64,000 nucleotides of DNA from Candidatus Pacebacteria bacterium GW2011_GWA1_46_10 (GCA_001002135.1 LCLP01000001.1:8417-72416); one strand, 5' to 3'; numbered from the stretch's first letter, positions 46,463 to 56,305 are shown. Program-made: numbers and translations. Notes: generated by a model from the sequence alone, not told the origin.

Positions 46463-47645
46463 TTTGTTGATACTTGGTTAAAAATTGTTGATTCCCTTTT
46501 TCACGATGATGGTGAGCAACATAGGTTAATCCCGACCGGCGAAGCTTTTTTTGTAAAGCGGTTGATTGGAGTACGCGAATGACCGCTCGAGCAAATTTAT
46601 CCGGCTGATCAACAATTAAACACTCTTGGTTATGGCGAACTGCGAGGCCTTCCACGCCCAAGTTGGTGGTAACTATAGGTAGGCTTGCAGACAAAGCAGT
46701 TAAACTTTTTAACCGCAGTCCGCCGCCCATGCGAAAAGGAAGGACAAAAACATCTGCTCGAGCAAGGAATGGTTCGAGATCAGCTTGATAACCATGTAGA
46801 AAAACATTTTTCTTCTTGGATAAAGTTTTTTCAAAAGGCGGGTGTGAGCGACCGACAACGTGAAACTCAACACCAGGGATCTTCTTTTCTATCGTGGGTA
46901 GCATTTTATTGATAAACCATCCCACCGCGTCTTCGTTGGGCGGCCAGCCGAGAGTGCCGACAAAGAGAATGGTAGGATTTTTAGAGCGCTTTTTCTTAAT
47001 TGGCCGCGCTGGATAAACCAGCGGCTGAGCCGCCACATGTTTCACTCCAAAGATTTTTTCCAACCGTTTTTTTTCTGGCTCAGAAATAGCAAAGACAAAA
47101 TCAAACTTAGGCAGGGTTTTTCTTTCATAAAGGTAAGTCAGCACCATTTCGATCAGTAAATACAACTTGCGCGTTGGTTTGGTCGTACTCACAAATCTGG
47201 TCCAGTAAAGATAAGTTTCCACGTTGTGATGCTCTAAAATCCATTTTTCTTTTTTAATCTCCGGCAAGTATTGGGCCGTGTTCAGGTGGTCAACGTGAAT
47301 GATAGCTGGTTGAAACTCTTTTATTTTTCTTTGAATAAAAGCGCTGGCGGGAGGATGGGTGTATTGGAAAACGTAATGTGGAATGCCGCGCAGAAAGTGG
47401 CTGAATAAATTCAAAAGATCATCTTTCACGGAAGCAAGAATGGTAGAACTATAGAAAACTTTCAGTTTGATACCGGCGTCGGTTAGAACTTTTATATCTT
47501 TGTCAGCCGGTTTTTCCTCGGAGATGAAAACAGCAAAAACTTGGTATTTTTTCGCCAACGTCAAAACAGTGTTGAGGGTTTTTATTTTTCCGCCCGAATC
47601 AGGTGGAGAAGGGAATAGCTGGCTCAGATACAGCATTTTTTTCAT
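46452..47645 (-). CDS. GT4 family glycosyltransferase
   Basis: FPSPPDSGGKI, HNVET, FVGTLGWPPN and GGLRLKSL.A. Confidence 0.87.
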   Translation of the reverse strand: MKKMLYLSQLFPSPPDSGGKIKTLNTVLTLAKKYQVFAVFISEEKPADKDIKVLTDAGIKLKVFYSSTILASVKDDLLNLFSHFLRGIPHYVFQYTHPPASAFIQRKIKEFQPAIIHVDHLNTAQYLPEIKKEKWILEHHNVETYLYWTRFVSTTKPTRKLYLLIEMVLTYLYERKTLPKFDFVFAISEPEKKRLEKIFGVKHVAAQPLVYPARPIKKKRSKNPTILFVGTLGWPPNEDAVGWFINKMLPTIEKKIPGVEFHVVGRSHPPFEKTLSKKKNVFLHGYQADLEPFLARADVFVLPFRMGGGLRLKSLTALSASLPIVTTNLGVEGLAVRHNQECLIVDQPDKFARAVIRVLQSTALQKKLRRSGLTYVAHHHREKGNQQFLTKYQQITR

Positions 47646-48403
47646 TGTTTTTTGAGTAGATCACCAATAAGTTGTTTGATAATAAGCAAGCTAAAAAGGG
47701 TGTTAAATAAAAAATACCGTTTTGCCAATCGTTTTGGTTCTTGGGCAAATCTAAATAACCATTCCAAGCCGATCGATTGCAACCAGGATGGAGCCTGTCT
47801 GACCTTGCCGGTCATAAAGTCGAAGGCGGCACCAACACCGATCGCCACGGCCTGTTTGAGCTTCGGTGCGGCTTTCATCATCCACTGTTCTTGGAAAGGA
47901 CAACCCAGGCCGACAAAGACTATTTTTGCTTGTGAAGTGTTGATTTGTTTGATGATGTGTCGATTTTTTTCGTCAGGAATTGGCCTGATTGGTGTGTCTA
48001 ACTGGCCGACGATTTTTAGACTGGGAAATGTGTTTTGTAAGACTTGTTTGAGTTGCTGGCTTTGACCTTTAGCCCCACCGAGTAGAAATATTGGCCAGCG
48101 CTTTTGCACTGCTTTTTGACAAACCAGCTTCATTAGGTCAGGCCCGTAAACGCGTTCAACTGGTCGCTGACCATACAGTTTCAAAAGCCACGCAAGCGGC
48201 ATGCCATCGGGAGTGACTAACCCTGCTTGGTTAACTCCCTTAAGTAGTTGGAGGTCAGCCTGACACTCCATGATTAAGTGAACAGCTGCCACACACACGT
48301 AGTGTGGTTGACGGTTTTTAACCCATGAGGAGATGGTTTTGATGGTCAGTGAATACGTAAGGACAGAGACGTTTACCCCGAGAATATTAGTGGCTTTGTT
48401 CAT
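47642..48403 (-). CDS. WecB/TagA/CpsF family glycosyltransferase
   Basis: PDGMPL, RVYGPDL, VGLGCPFQE, GVGAAFDF and LEWLFR..EPKRL. Confidence 0.93.
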   Translation of the reverse strand: MNKATNILGVNVSVLTYSLTIKTISSWVKNRQPHYVCVAAVHLIMECQADLQLLKGVNQAGLVTPDGMPLAWLLKLYGQRPVERVYGPDLMKLVCQKAVQKRWPIFLLGGAKGQSQQLKQVLQNTFPSLKIVGQLDTPIRPIPDEKNRHIIKQINTSQAKIVFVGLGCPFQEQWMMKAAPKLKQAVAIGVGAAFDFMTGKVRQAPSWLQSIGLEWLFRFAQEPKRLAKRYFLFNTLFSLLIIKQLIGDLLKKQ

Positions 48404-49424
48404 ATTCGATGATCTCGTCGATAATTTGATTAAGCGACTTAGTAATACGCCATTTTGGATAGGCTTTTTTAAATTTCGCTAAATTAGTGGTATAGCAGAT
48501 GTGGTCGCCAGTACGATGTTTAGGTGTGTAAGTGATTTTTGGCTTGATAGCCAGTTTTTTGGAAACGGTTTCGATCAACTCCAAAATTGAGGCATTGTTT
48601 TTGGTGCCCCCACCCAAGTTAAAAACGGTTCCTTGTGGTGGTTTTTTAATGATCTCATGTATAGCAGTAGCCACGTCGTAGGCGTCAATTTGATCACGTA
48701 CTTGTTTCCCTTTATAACCAATGATTTGATAACTGTTGGTGTGAACTAAAGATTTAATCAGGTAAGACAGAAAACCGTGTAACTTAACTGAGTGGTGGGC
48801 TACACCAGTGACACAACCGAGGCGCAGACAGGTGGTTTTTAGGCCAAAGTACCGGCCGTATTCTTGGACGTAAAGATCGGCTGCAGCTTTGCTGGCGCCC
48901 ATCAGTGAGTGGAGGTTTTGGTCGATGGACATGGTTTCATCTATGCCTTGAAAATGTTGATCGGCAAACCTGTAGCGTTTGGCTAGTTCCTTGAGTGGGA
49001 GGCGATTAGGATTGTCACCATAAACTTTATTGGTACTGGTAAAAATGAAAGTAGCCCCAGGACTGAAGTTTCGAACCGCCTCAAGTAAAGTGAGGGTGCC
49101 CTCAGTATTTATTTCAAAATCTAAGCGAGGAATTTCAGCGGCTTTGTCATGACTTGGTTGACCAGCACAGTGAATAACAGCGTCAAATTTTTCCTTTTTA
49201 AACAACGCGTTTATTTTTTTAACCTCTCTGATGTCTACATCAAAGTGAGTGTAATGAGGAAACTTTTGCAATGATTTTTTGGTTGAAGAGGTCGTGGCTT
49301 TTTTACCAAAAAAACTTGAGCGCATATTGTTATCAATGCCGAAGACTCGGTGCTTTTTCTCGAGGAAATACCGAGTTGCTGTGGAGCCGATCAGGCCAGT
49401 GGAGCCGGTAATACAAATTTTCAT
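48387..49424 (-). CDS. NAD-dependent epimerase/dehydratase (CDP-tyvelose 2-epimerase RfbE-like)
   Basis: ITGSTGLIG, HCAGQPSHD, STNKVYG and GKQVRD. Confidence 0.87.
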   Translation of the reverse strand: MKICITGSTGLIGSTATRYFLEKKHRVFGIDNNMRSSFFGKKATTSSTKKSLQKFPHYTHFDVDIREVKKINALFKKEKFDAVIHCAGQPSHDKAAEIPRLDFEINTEGTLTLLEAVRNFSPGATFIFTSTNKVYGDNPNRLPLKELAKRYRFADQHFQGIDETMSIDQNLHSLMGASKAAADLYVQEYGRYFGLKTTCLRLGCVTGVAHHSVKLHGFLSYLIKSLVHTNSYQIIGYKGKQVRDQIDAYDVATAIHEIIKKPPQGTVFNLGGGTKNNASILELIETVSKKLAIKPKITYTPKHRTGDHICYTTNLAKFKKAYPKWRITKSLNQIIDEIIEYEQSH

Positions 49425-49431
49425 ACTTTCT

Positions 49432-50583
49432 TTATGGCTGTTTTCGTTGTTTGAGCAATTGCCTATTAATCGTTGTCAAAAATTGTTGTCGAAAAATGTT
49501 TTCGGAGAACCGCTGAGCCTGTTTGGTGCAGGCGATAGTTGACCATGATTTCTGCTCAAACGTTTTAACTGCTCTGGTCAGAGATTTTAGCGAATATTTA
49601 TTAAACAACAAGCCTGTTTTACCATGACTGACTGTCTCCCTGACACCGCCAGAAGCATAAGCAATCACTGGCACACCATAACTCATTGCTTCAACTGGCA
49701 CTAGACCAAAGTCTTCTTCGACCGCGCCGTAAACCAGGGCTTTAGTATCTTTGTATATTTTGCTGATGTTTTTGTCGGTGAGAAAACCCTTGAAGATGAT
49801 GTGGGACTGAGCGAGTTTTTGAAGTCGTTTTTTTTCTGAGCCTTCACCAACAACTACGAGCGGTTTTTTCAACTGGTTAAAGGCCCTGATAACTAATTCC
49901 GCTCCTTTTTGCTTGACCAACCTGGAATGAAAAAGATAGTATTTTGGACTAACAGTACGCTTGACGGTTTTGTTTTTAGGCAATATTACTGGAGGATAGA
50001 TGACTTGACTTGCCCGCTGGTAGTATTTGGCGATTCTTTGTTGGGTGGTTTTGGAGTTAGTGATTAGGATGTCTGGGCGTTGGGCGGCTTGATAGTCAAT
50101 TTTTCTCAACGCTGTCAAAAAACCAGCAAATAGCCATTTAAAAAGTGGCTTTTTTAGCCAACTCATTTCGTTGAATTCTTGGTAAAGGTAGCGCGGTGGA
50201 GTATGAATATAGGCTATGTGTAGGGTTGGTTGCTGAGTTTTCACTGATTTGGCTGAGAATGAGTGAGATGAAGAAATAACTAAATTGTACTGACTTAAGT
50301 TAAGTTGACGCCAATACCATAAAATAAACGGCTTAATAAAACTGACGTATTTTTCCGGCCATACAACTAGGTTGAAAATCGAGGTGAAAACGCGATGTTT
50401 TTGGCGCAGTTTCTTTAAATATGGCTTCCTGATTAAGGGAATGTAAACATCAGCTTGCGGAAAGAGGGTGAGCAAACTGAGCAAAACTCGTTCTGCCCCA
50501 CCTTGGTAAAGATAACTGTCGTGAACAATGGCCACCGACATTTTTTTTAACTGGTGTTGTTTTGAGAGTTTAGCTTGCCTCAT
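49432..50583 (-). CDS. GT4 family glycosyltransferase
   Basis: AIVHD...GGAERV, YIHTPPRY and EDFGLVPVEAM. Confidence 0.9.
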   Translation of the reverse strand: MRQAKLSKQHQLKKMSVAIVHDSYLYQGGAERVLLSLLTLFPQADVYIPLIRKPYLKKLRQKHRVFTSIFNLVVWPEKYVSFIKPFILWYWRQLNLSQYNLVISSSHSFSAKSVKTQQPTLHIAYIHTPPRYLYQEFNEMSWLKKPLFKWLFAGFLTALRKIDYQAAQRPDILITNSKTTQQRIAKYYQRASQVIYPPVILPKNKTVKRTVSPKYYLFHSRLVKQKGAELVIRAFNQLKKPLVVVGEGSEKKRLQKLAQSHIIFKGFLTDKNISKIYKDTKALVYGAVEEDFGLVPVEAMSYGVPVIAYASGGVRETVSHGKTGLLFNKYSLKSLTRAVKTFEQKSWSTIACTKQAQRFSENIFRQQFLTTINRQLLKQRKQP

Positions 50584-50619
50584 AATCCAAACTTGGTTGT
50601 CTACGACAGCGTACGTAAT

Positions 50620-53247
50620 ATGATACCTTCTTTTATAATCACTCCGTCGATCTTTTCGGTTTTTTTGATTCTTATTTTGTTGCTGGGCGATTCCTTTTTA
50701 CGTTGGTACTTGATTGGTTTTTTGGCCCTTTTTTTTCTGTTAGCCAGGAAAAATCTTGACTTTAGCTGGGTCAAATATCAGCAGCGACCACTTTTTTTGT
50801 GGGGAATTTTTTTGGGGCTAGCTATAGTTTCTGCGTTTTTTACCCACAACGTGCCGCTCAGTTTAGAGTCGCTGGCGTATTATGGGTTTGCATTTCTGGT
50901 GTTTGTGACAGCTTTGTCGGTGCCGTTGACCAAATCTGTTAAAGAACAACTGTCTTTTTTTGTGGTGTTTATCGGATTCACGCTGTCGTTATTAAGTTTA
51001 TTACTGCTGTTTAACCGTAGTTTGGCCGCTTCTTTGCCGGGGATGAATTTACTGTACCCCACGTACGGCCACAATCATTTAGCGGCTTTTTTGTTACTGG
51101 TTTTACCATTGGGGTGGCGACTGGTGTTGTTTTCGCGACCGCAAGGACAGCGATCTTTGTTTGCAGTGGCTGTTATTACTACTGTTGTTGTGACACTAGC
51201 GTTGCTTTTGAGCTTCGGCCGCACGGCGCTTTTTTTAGGTATTTTGGAGTTAACGATTATCTGGTTTTTTGCTTGGCGCTTCCGTTCCAAGGAGAATGTT
51301 CGAGGTCTTTTGTTTAGGGTAGGGTTACCACTAGTGGTGTTGGCCTTTTTATTTGTTTTTGGCGCCAAGATGTATTTTTCGTATCGGTCGGTTGTCGATA
51401 GTAATTTTATTTGTCCGGTGCCCAGTTGGGCAACTCACAAACTGTGTAAACCGTTTGATACTGAGCTTCGGCTGCTTTATTTTGGTCAGGCGATCAGCGC
51501 GATGAAGGAGTACCCCTTTAATGGGTATGGTCCAGGTACTTTTCAACTTATTAACGAAAAATATCAACAACTGCCTTTTGTTGACACGGCGTATGCCCAT
51601 AATCACTTTCTTCAAACAGGAGCGGAAATGGGAATCGTGGCTGGGGCGATTTTCTTACTGTTGATACTGACTTTATACTGGCGAGCTTTTCAAGTTGTTT
51701 TTCTTAACCGATCGGCAAAGGAAAAAACTTTTAGTTTTAATAAGGCGCTGTATATCAGTGCCGCCGGCTCTTTTTTGAATGCTTGGTTGGATTTTGACTG
51801 GAATTACATTGGTATTTTTACCTTGACGCTTTTTTACCTGGGATTGATTTTGCGTCAGACAAGTACATTCAAAAGAACCAATTGGCGGTTTTATTTTCCG
51901 GTGTCGTTCGTTTCAAAAATGATTGCTTTGGGGTTGTTTACACTAGCAGGGCTTTATATATTCGTTGAATTTTTGACGAGAACTGGTCGGGTGAGGGCAG
52001 CTTTCGACGTTTTCCCGTATTTCAAGGAGCATTTGAAGGTTTTTGAAGCAGAAAGGAAGTCTTTTTCTCCGTCCCAACAGCAGCAATTTTTGTCGTTGTA
52101 TAGGTATCGTCCTACTGCTTACTTTTTTGTTGAGAAACTGCCTGTGGAAGCAGTTTTTGCCGAGGCGAGAGAAGAAATATTTCGCCTTAATCCTTGGCAA
52201 AATCTCTCCTCAAAAGACATTGACTGGTATTTGGAGCATGGTGACTATCAAGCTGCCGATCAAAATTTGACGGCATTAATTGACCGAGTGGAACACGCTG
52301 AGCAGTACTATGATTACCGGCTTGGATTTACCAGAAAAATGGTATTAGTAAATCAGCGGCTTACTCTAGCTGATTATTACCTCCAAATTGGCAACCCACA
52401 AAAAGGCGCGCAGTACTATTTATGGGCGCGCAGTACAGAGCCCTGGATTTTTGACCACCGTTTACCGCCGGTAAATGATCAGTCCAAGGCTGATTTAATA
52501 GAGTTTTTATTGGTGGTTGATCCGTTGGAACCGCAGTGGTGGGGAAGACATTATCAAAACTTAGTCGGTTGGTATTTTCAGGTTTTTTCGTCTGCTGTAA
52601 AGAGTGGCGATGAAGAACAAATGCAATTTTGGTTTGAACTAATCGATGAAAAGTTCACTAATCTAACACTCAGACTGTGGGAGATGGGGAGTGAGTGGTT
52701 GGCTGATTCAGTGCAAACTGCTGTAGGAACCCAAGATCAAGCGTTGGCCAAGCAAAAAGTTGACCAATGGTTTAAGCTCTGGGAACTTTATAGAGGAAGA
52801 GTTAAGGATAATACTCAACTTAATCAAGCCGAAACTCAGTTGGCGGAAGAGTTAGTGAGAGTAAGTGGGTCAGCTCTCTCTCCATCTTTAGAGCAGAGTC
52901 TGCAAGCGGCTGCTGATGAATACTTGGCTGTAAAAGACGTGGACTTCGCGGAGAAGTCACTGACTCTTTTGGCTCAGCGGCCTGGCGAGAACTACTGGTG
53001 GAAAGCACAGCTTGGTCATTTTTACGTTTTTCTGGCTGATCAAGCTCACACGGCTGATGAAAAAACTCAATGGCGAGTTAAAGCGGTTAAAGCCTTTGAT
53101 GATTGTTTAGCGGCTTTCCGTGGCGATCATGATGACTGTGCTGGTGGTAAAGCTGACCTACAAGCGGGTACACCATTTGTGGGACGCTATACTCAAGTCA
53201 GTCAAATCATTCAGGGAAAAAAGCGCTGGCAGGATTTTAGCGATTGA
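50620..53247 (+). CDS. O-antigen ligase-like protein with a large helical (TPR-like) C-terminal extension
   Basis: YGHNHLA, SFGR, PFNGYGPGTF and AHNHFLQTGAEMG, followed by about 400 aa of helical soluble sequence. Confidence 0.8.
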   Translation: MIPSFIITPSIFSVFLILILLLGDSFLRWYLIGFLALFFLLARKNLDFSWVKYQQRPLFLWGIFLGLAIVSAFFTHNVPLSLESLAYYGFAFLVFVTALSVPLTKSVKEQLSFFVVFIGFTLSLLSLLLLFNRSLAASLPGMNLLYPTYGHNHLAAFLLLVLPLGWRLVLFSRPQGQRSLFAVAVITTVVVTLALLLSFGRTALFLGILELTIIWFFAWRFRSKENVRGLLFRVGLPLVVLAFLFVFGAKMYFSYRSVVDSNFICPVPSWATHKLCKPFDTELRLLYFGQAISAMKEYPFNGYGPGTFQLINEKYQQLPFVDTAYAHNHFLQTGAEMGIVAGAIFLLLILTLYWRAFQVVFLNRSAKEKTFSFNKALYISAAGSFLNAWLDFDWNYIGIFTLTLFYLGLILRQTSTFKRTNWRFYFPVSFVSKMIALGLFTLAGLYIFVEFLTRTGRVRAAFDVFPYFKEHLKVFEAERKSFSPSQQQQFLSLYRYRPTAYFFVEKLPVEAVFAEAREEIFRLNPWQNLSSKDIDWYLEHGDYQAADQNLTALIDRVEHAEQYYDYRLGFTRKMVLVNQRLTLADYYLQIGNPQKGAQYYLWARSTEPWIFDHRLPPVNDQSKADLIEFLLVVDPLEPQWWGRHYQNLVGWYFQVFSSAVKSGDEEQMQFWFELIDEKFTNLTLRLWEMGSEWLADSVQTAVGTQDQALAKQKVDQWFKLWELYRGRVKDNTQLNQAETQLAEELVRVSGSALSPSLEQSLQAAADEYLAVKDVDFAEKSLTLLAQRPGENYWWKAQLGHFYVFLADQAHTADEKTQWRVKAVKAFDDCLAAFRGDHDDCAGGKADLQAGTPFVGRYTQVSQIIQGKKRWQDFSD

Positions 53248-53857
53248 AGAAAGAAAGTAAAATTGCTTTTATTGAAAGCAGGATTTGTTTTAGATCTTCT
53301 CCGACACCGCCTTTGACCACTGTGGCTTCTTCTAATTCTTGCCAGCGTTTTAACGTATGATGTTTTTCTTTGGAAAATGCCCACTGTGAAAACACTCCTG
53401 GTTTCACTTGTTCCCGCCACGCCCGCCACGCTGGCGGTAAACCTTCGGCCTCAGGGACCGGCAGCGGCCGGGGTCCCACGAAACTCATCTCTCCTTTGAG
53501 AATATTCCATAACTGCGGTAACTCATCCAGGCCGGTGCGAGCCAACCACTTGCCGATCCCGACAAATCGAGGATCGTTGTGGATCTTAAACATCGGTGCC
53601 GGCGCTTCGTTGAGGTGCTGATATTTACGTTTGAGCATGGCGGCATTTTTAGTCATGGTGCGTAGCTTAAGTAGGGTAAAAACTTTACCGTTTTGACCAG
53701 TGCGGCGTTGTTTAAAAAGAATTGGTCGACCAGTAGTAATAAAAATAATCAGGTTGAGAATGAATAAAACGGGACTTAGTAAAACCAGCAGCAAGAGTGC
53801 AGTTGCAAAATCGAAAGTTCTTTTTTGGGGAGAAAAGTAATAGGGGTGTATCTGCAT
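53237..53857 (-). CDS. Initiating phosphoglycosyl transferase (bacterial sugar transferase family)
   Basis: KRTFD, FKQRRTG, KLRTM and GLDELPQLWNILKGEMSFVGPRP. TGtTATACT-N8-ATG. Confidence 0.92.
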   Translation of the reverse strand: MQIHPYYFSPQKRTFDFATALLLLVLLSPVLFILNLIIFITTGRPILFKQRRTGQNGKVFTLLKLRTMTKNAAMLKRKYQHLNEAPAPMFKIHNDPRFVGIGKWLARTGLDELPQLWNILKGEMSFVGPRPLPVPEAEGLPPAWRAWREQVKPGVFSQWAFSKEKHHTLKRWQELEEATVVKGGVGEDLKQILLSIKAILLSFFNR

Positions 53858-53930
53858 AAAGAATGAGTATAACAAAAGACTCGGGTATGATATACTTCAC
53901 GGATTCTGAAAGAAAGGGGACGCATGCCAT

Positions 53931-55313
53931 ATGGCTACTCAAAAGAAAGGGGCTACTAAAAAATCAACTGCTCAAGTGAAGAAAACAGCATCGTCTGTTG
54001 CGAAGCCAAAAACTCCCGCCAAAACGAAGTCTCCTACCAAAACAAAATCCCCCGCGAAAGTAAAATCCACTCCGAAAAAGACTGACTTGAAAGCGACTGT
54101 TGTTGAGCCAGTCGAGGTTGTAGAGCCAGCCAAACCGGTTAAAGCTGCTGAAACGGCTGGTCAGCCAACCAAAGCGACTCCTAAAGCCGCCGGCAAGTCA
54201 GGTAAAAAACCCCAAACCATGGACGAACTACTGGCTCAATCCAATTACAGTTTGGTCGTGCCGCAAAAAGGTGAGGTTTTAAAGGGCAAAATCACCGCGA
54301 AAAATAAAAAAGTGTTACTGGTTGACCTTGGCGCCAAAACTGAGGGAGTGGTGAGCGATAAAGAGTACGACTTTGCCTCTGAGTTTATCAAAGACCTCAA
54401 AGTTGGTGATGAAATCAGCGCTTTGATTGTTAATCCTGAGAACGACCGCGGCCAAGTAGTGTTATCACTCAGAAGCGCTGCGTCTGATGCCAAGTGGGAA
54501 TACTTTGAGCAGGCCATGGAAAGTGATGAAACACTGGAAGCCAAAGGAGTGGAAGTGAATCGCGGCGGTTTGATCGTCGTGGTCAATGGAGTCAGGGGCT
54601 TTGTGCCTTCTAGCCAATTCGGCCGTGAGTTTGTTGGCAAAATTAATCAACTGCAGGGTGAAACCATTCAAGTGAAAGTGATCGAGGTGGATCGCGAGAA
54701 AAACCGCTTGATTTTCTCGGAGCGTCACGTCAGCGAGGCCAAAGAGTTGGCTCAAAAAGATGAGGCTTTGAAAAAAGTAGTCGATGGCCAAGTTTATGAG
54801 GGAGTAGTGTCTGGGGTGATGCACTTTGGTCTGTTTGTCACGGTCGAGGTGCCGGTGGATGATCAAAAAGATAAAGATGACAAACCAAAGAACATTGGCT
54901 ACGTTGAGGGTCTGGTTCACATCTCGGAAATCAGTTGGGAAAAAGTCAATCACCCCAAAGATTACCACAACGTTGGTGACCGAATTAAGGTTAAAGTCTT
55001 GGGTATTGATGAACGCACTAACAAATTGAACTTGTCGATCAAACAACTAGTGGATGACCCCTGGATCACGATCGGCGAGAAATATCCGGCTGGCACTACC
55101 TTTACCGGCAAAGTAACTCGAGTTGAGTCGTTTGGAGTGTTTGTCAATGTTGAGCCTGGAGTCGATGGTTTGATTCACTCCAGCAAACTGGATCAGAGTA
55201 AAGAGCTTACAGTGGGTGACGAAGTGACGGTCAACGTGGAGAATGTTGTCCCACAACAGCGCCGGATGAGTTTGAGCGTGGTTTTAACTGAAGTCCCGAT
55301 GGGTTACAAATAA
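53931..55313 (+). CDS. rpsA: 30S ribosomal protein bS1 (four S1 domains, basic low-complexity N-terminal tail)
   Basis: Four S1 repeats (VDLGAKTEG, RGFVPSSQ, EGLVHISEISW, DGLIHSS). Extended -10 TGaTATACT with a purine-rich leader. Confidence 0.9.
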   Translation: MATQKKGATKKSTAQVKKTASSVAKPKTPAKTKSPTKTKSPAKVKSTPKKTDLKATVVEPVEVVEPAKPVKAAETAGQPTKATPKAAGKSGKKPQTMDELLAQSNYSLVVPQKGEVLKGKITAKNKKVLLVDLGAKTEGVVSDKEYDFASEFIKDLKVGDEISALIVNPENDRGQVVLSLRSAASDAKWEYFEQAMESDETLEAKGVEVNRGGLIVVVNGVRGFVPSSQFGREFVGKINQLQGETIQVKVIEVDREKNRLIFSERHVSEAKELAQKDEALKKVVDGQVYEGVVSGVMHFGLFVTVEVPVDDQKDKDDKPKNIGYVEGLVHISEISWEKVNHPKDYHNVGDRIKVKVLGIDERTNKLNLSIKQLVDDPWITIGEKYPAGTTFTGKVTRVESFGVFVNVEPGVDGLIHSSKLDQSKELTVGDEVTVNVENVVPQQRRMSLSVVLTEVPMGYK

Positions 55314-55382
55314 AGGCCATAAGTAAAATAAAGCTTGATTCCTCAATCCCATTTAGTGTCTTTTCCATGATATAATAGGCTC

Positions 55383-55562
55383 ATGGCGAAGCAACGGATG
55401 ATCGTGACTGACGATCAATTACTGATCGACATGAACCTTTTGTTTAATGCAATTCGTGAGGCAGGCGGTGATTGGGAAAAAGTGGAGGCAGATATGAATG
55501 AATATCTGGCTTCTATCCAAGCAATGTCTGGCACGCACGAACAGAGCAAACCGAAGAAATAA
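55383..55562 (+). CDS. Small 59-aa protein absent from the ORF track
   Basis: TGaTATAAT-N6-ATG. Reads MAKQRMIVTDDQLLIDMNLLFNAIREAGGDWEKVEADMNEYLASIQAMSGTHEQSKPKK and fills the gap after rpsA. Confidence 0.62.
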   Translation: MAKQRMIVTDDQLLIDMNLLFNAIREAGGDWEKVEADMNEYLASIQAMSGTHEQSKPKK

Positions 55563-55602
55563 ACGTAACAACGTTTTCTTTCAGCCTGCGTTAAGGAAAA
55601 TT

Positions 55603-56232
55603 ATGGCAAAGACTCAAATTCCCTACGTTATTACCTGTGGTGATGAGGGTGTGCAGGTTAATGTTGGAGTCCGATTGGCTTTTGTCGGTGCTGGTTACGA
55701 GTTGCCAGGTTTTCACGAGGTGGTTAAAATTCTCAAGAAATTATTTGGTAGCAAGCTATACATCGTTTCCAATCAAGAAAATGACTGGGTAAAACAGAAA
55801 ATGAACCTCTCAGATTGGGAGCAGACGAATGCTTCTGCCCAACAGCAAATTGAGGCGTTGGCTGACAAAGAACGATTGCTATATGTCGGCTATTTACCTT
55901 TTGCCGATCCCAAAAAACTCAAGTACGGCATTAAAGGTCACATGGTGCGCCCTAAGAAAGTGCACGTGGCCAATAAAATTTGTTTTACTCTTGGCGGTGG
56001 TGAGCAGATCTACAACCTTGGTTGCTATCGAATCAGCGCTGATTGGGTAGGGAGTGCACCCAAAAATTTGGTTGAGCAAGTTATCAAGCCACAAGTCGAG
56101 TTTTACAAGAAACTTTCGTCTGGTAAGTTGCAACTGGTATACGAATTGGGTGGTGAACTGGGTGAAAAAATAGCCAAAAAAAACCTCAAAAGTTTACAGA
56201 AAATTGGTTTAAAGCCAGTGCCTTTATCTTAA
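55603..56232 (+). CDS. Hypothetical protein
   Basis: AAGGA-N6-ATG at 55603, within the 55498 ORF. N-terminal ITCGDEG motif. Confidence 0.68.
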   Translation: MAKTQIPYVITCGDEGVQVNVGVRLAFVGAGYELPGFHEVVKILKKLFGSKLYIVSNQENDWVKQKMNLSDWEQTNASAQQQIEALADKERLLYVGYLPFADPKKLKYGIKGHMVRPKKVHVANKICFTLGGGEQIYNLGCYRISADWVGSAPKNLVEQVIKPQVEFYKKLSSGKLQLVYELGGELGEKIAKKNLKSLQKIGLKPVPLS

Positions 56233-56276
56233 GTTTTCAAATTTTTTAAAAAAGTGTCGCTTTCATCTTGATGGAG

Positions 56277-56305
56277 TTGCAAGTTTTTCGTTTGCTCGCT
56301 ATAAT
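56277..56305 (+). promoter_or_regulatory. Sigma70 promoter of the tRNA-Ala-23S-5S operon
   Basis: TTGCAA (56277-56282), 17 nt, TATAAT (56300-56305), with an A/T-tract upstream. Confidence 0.85.
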
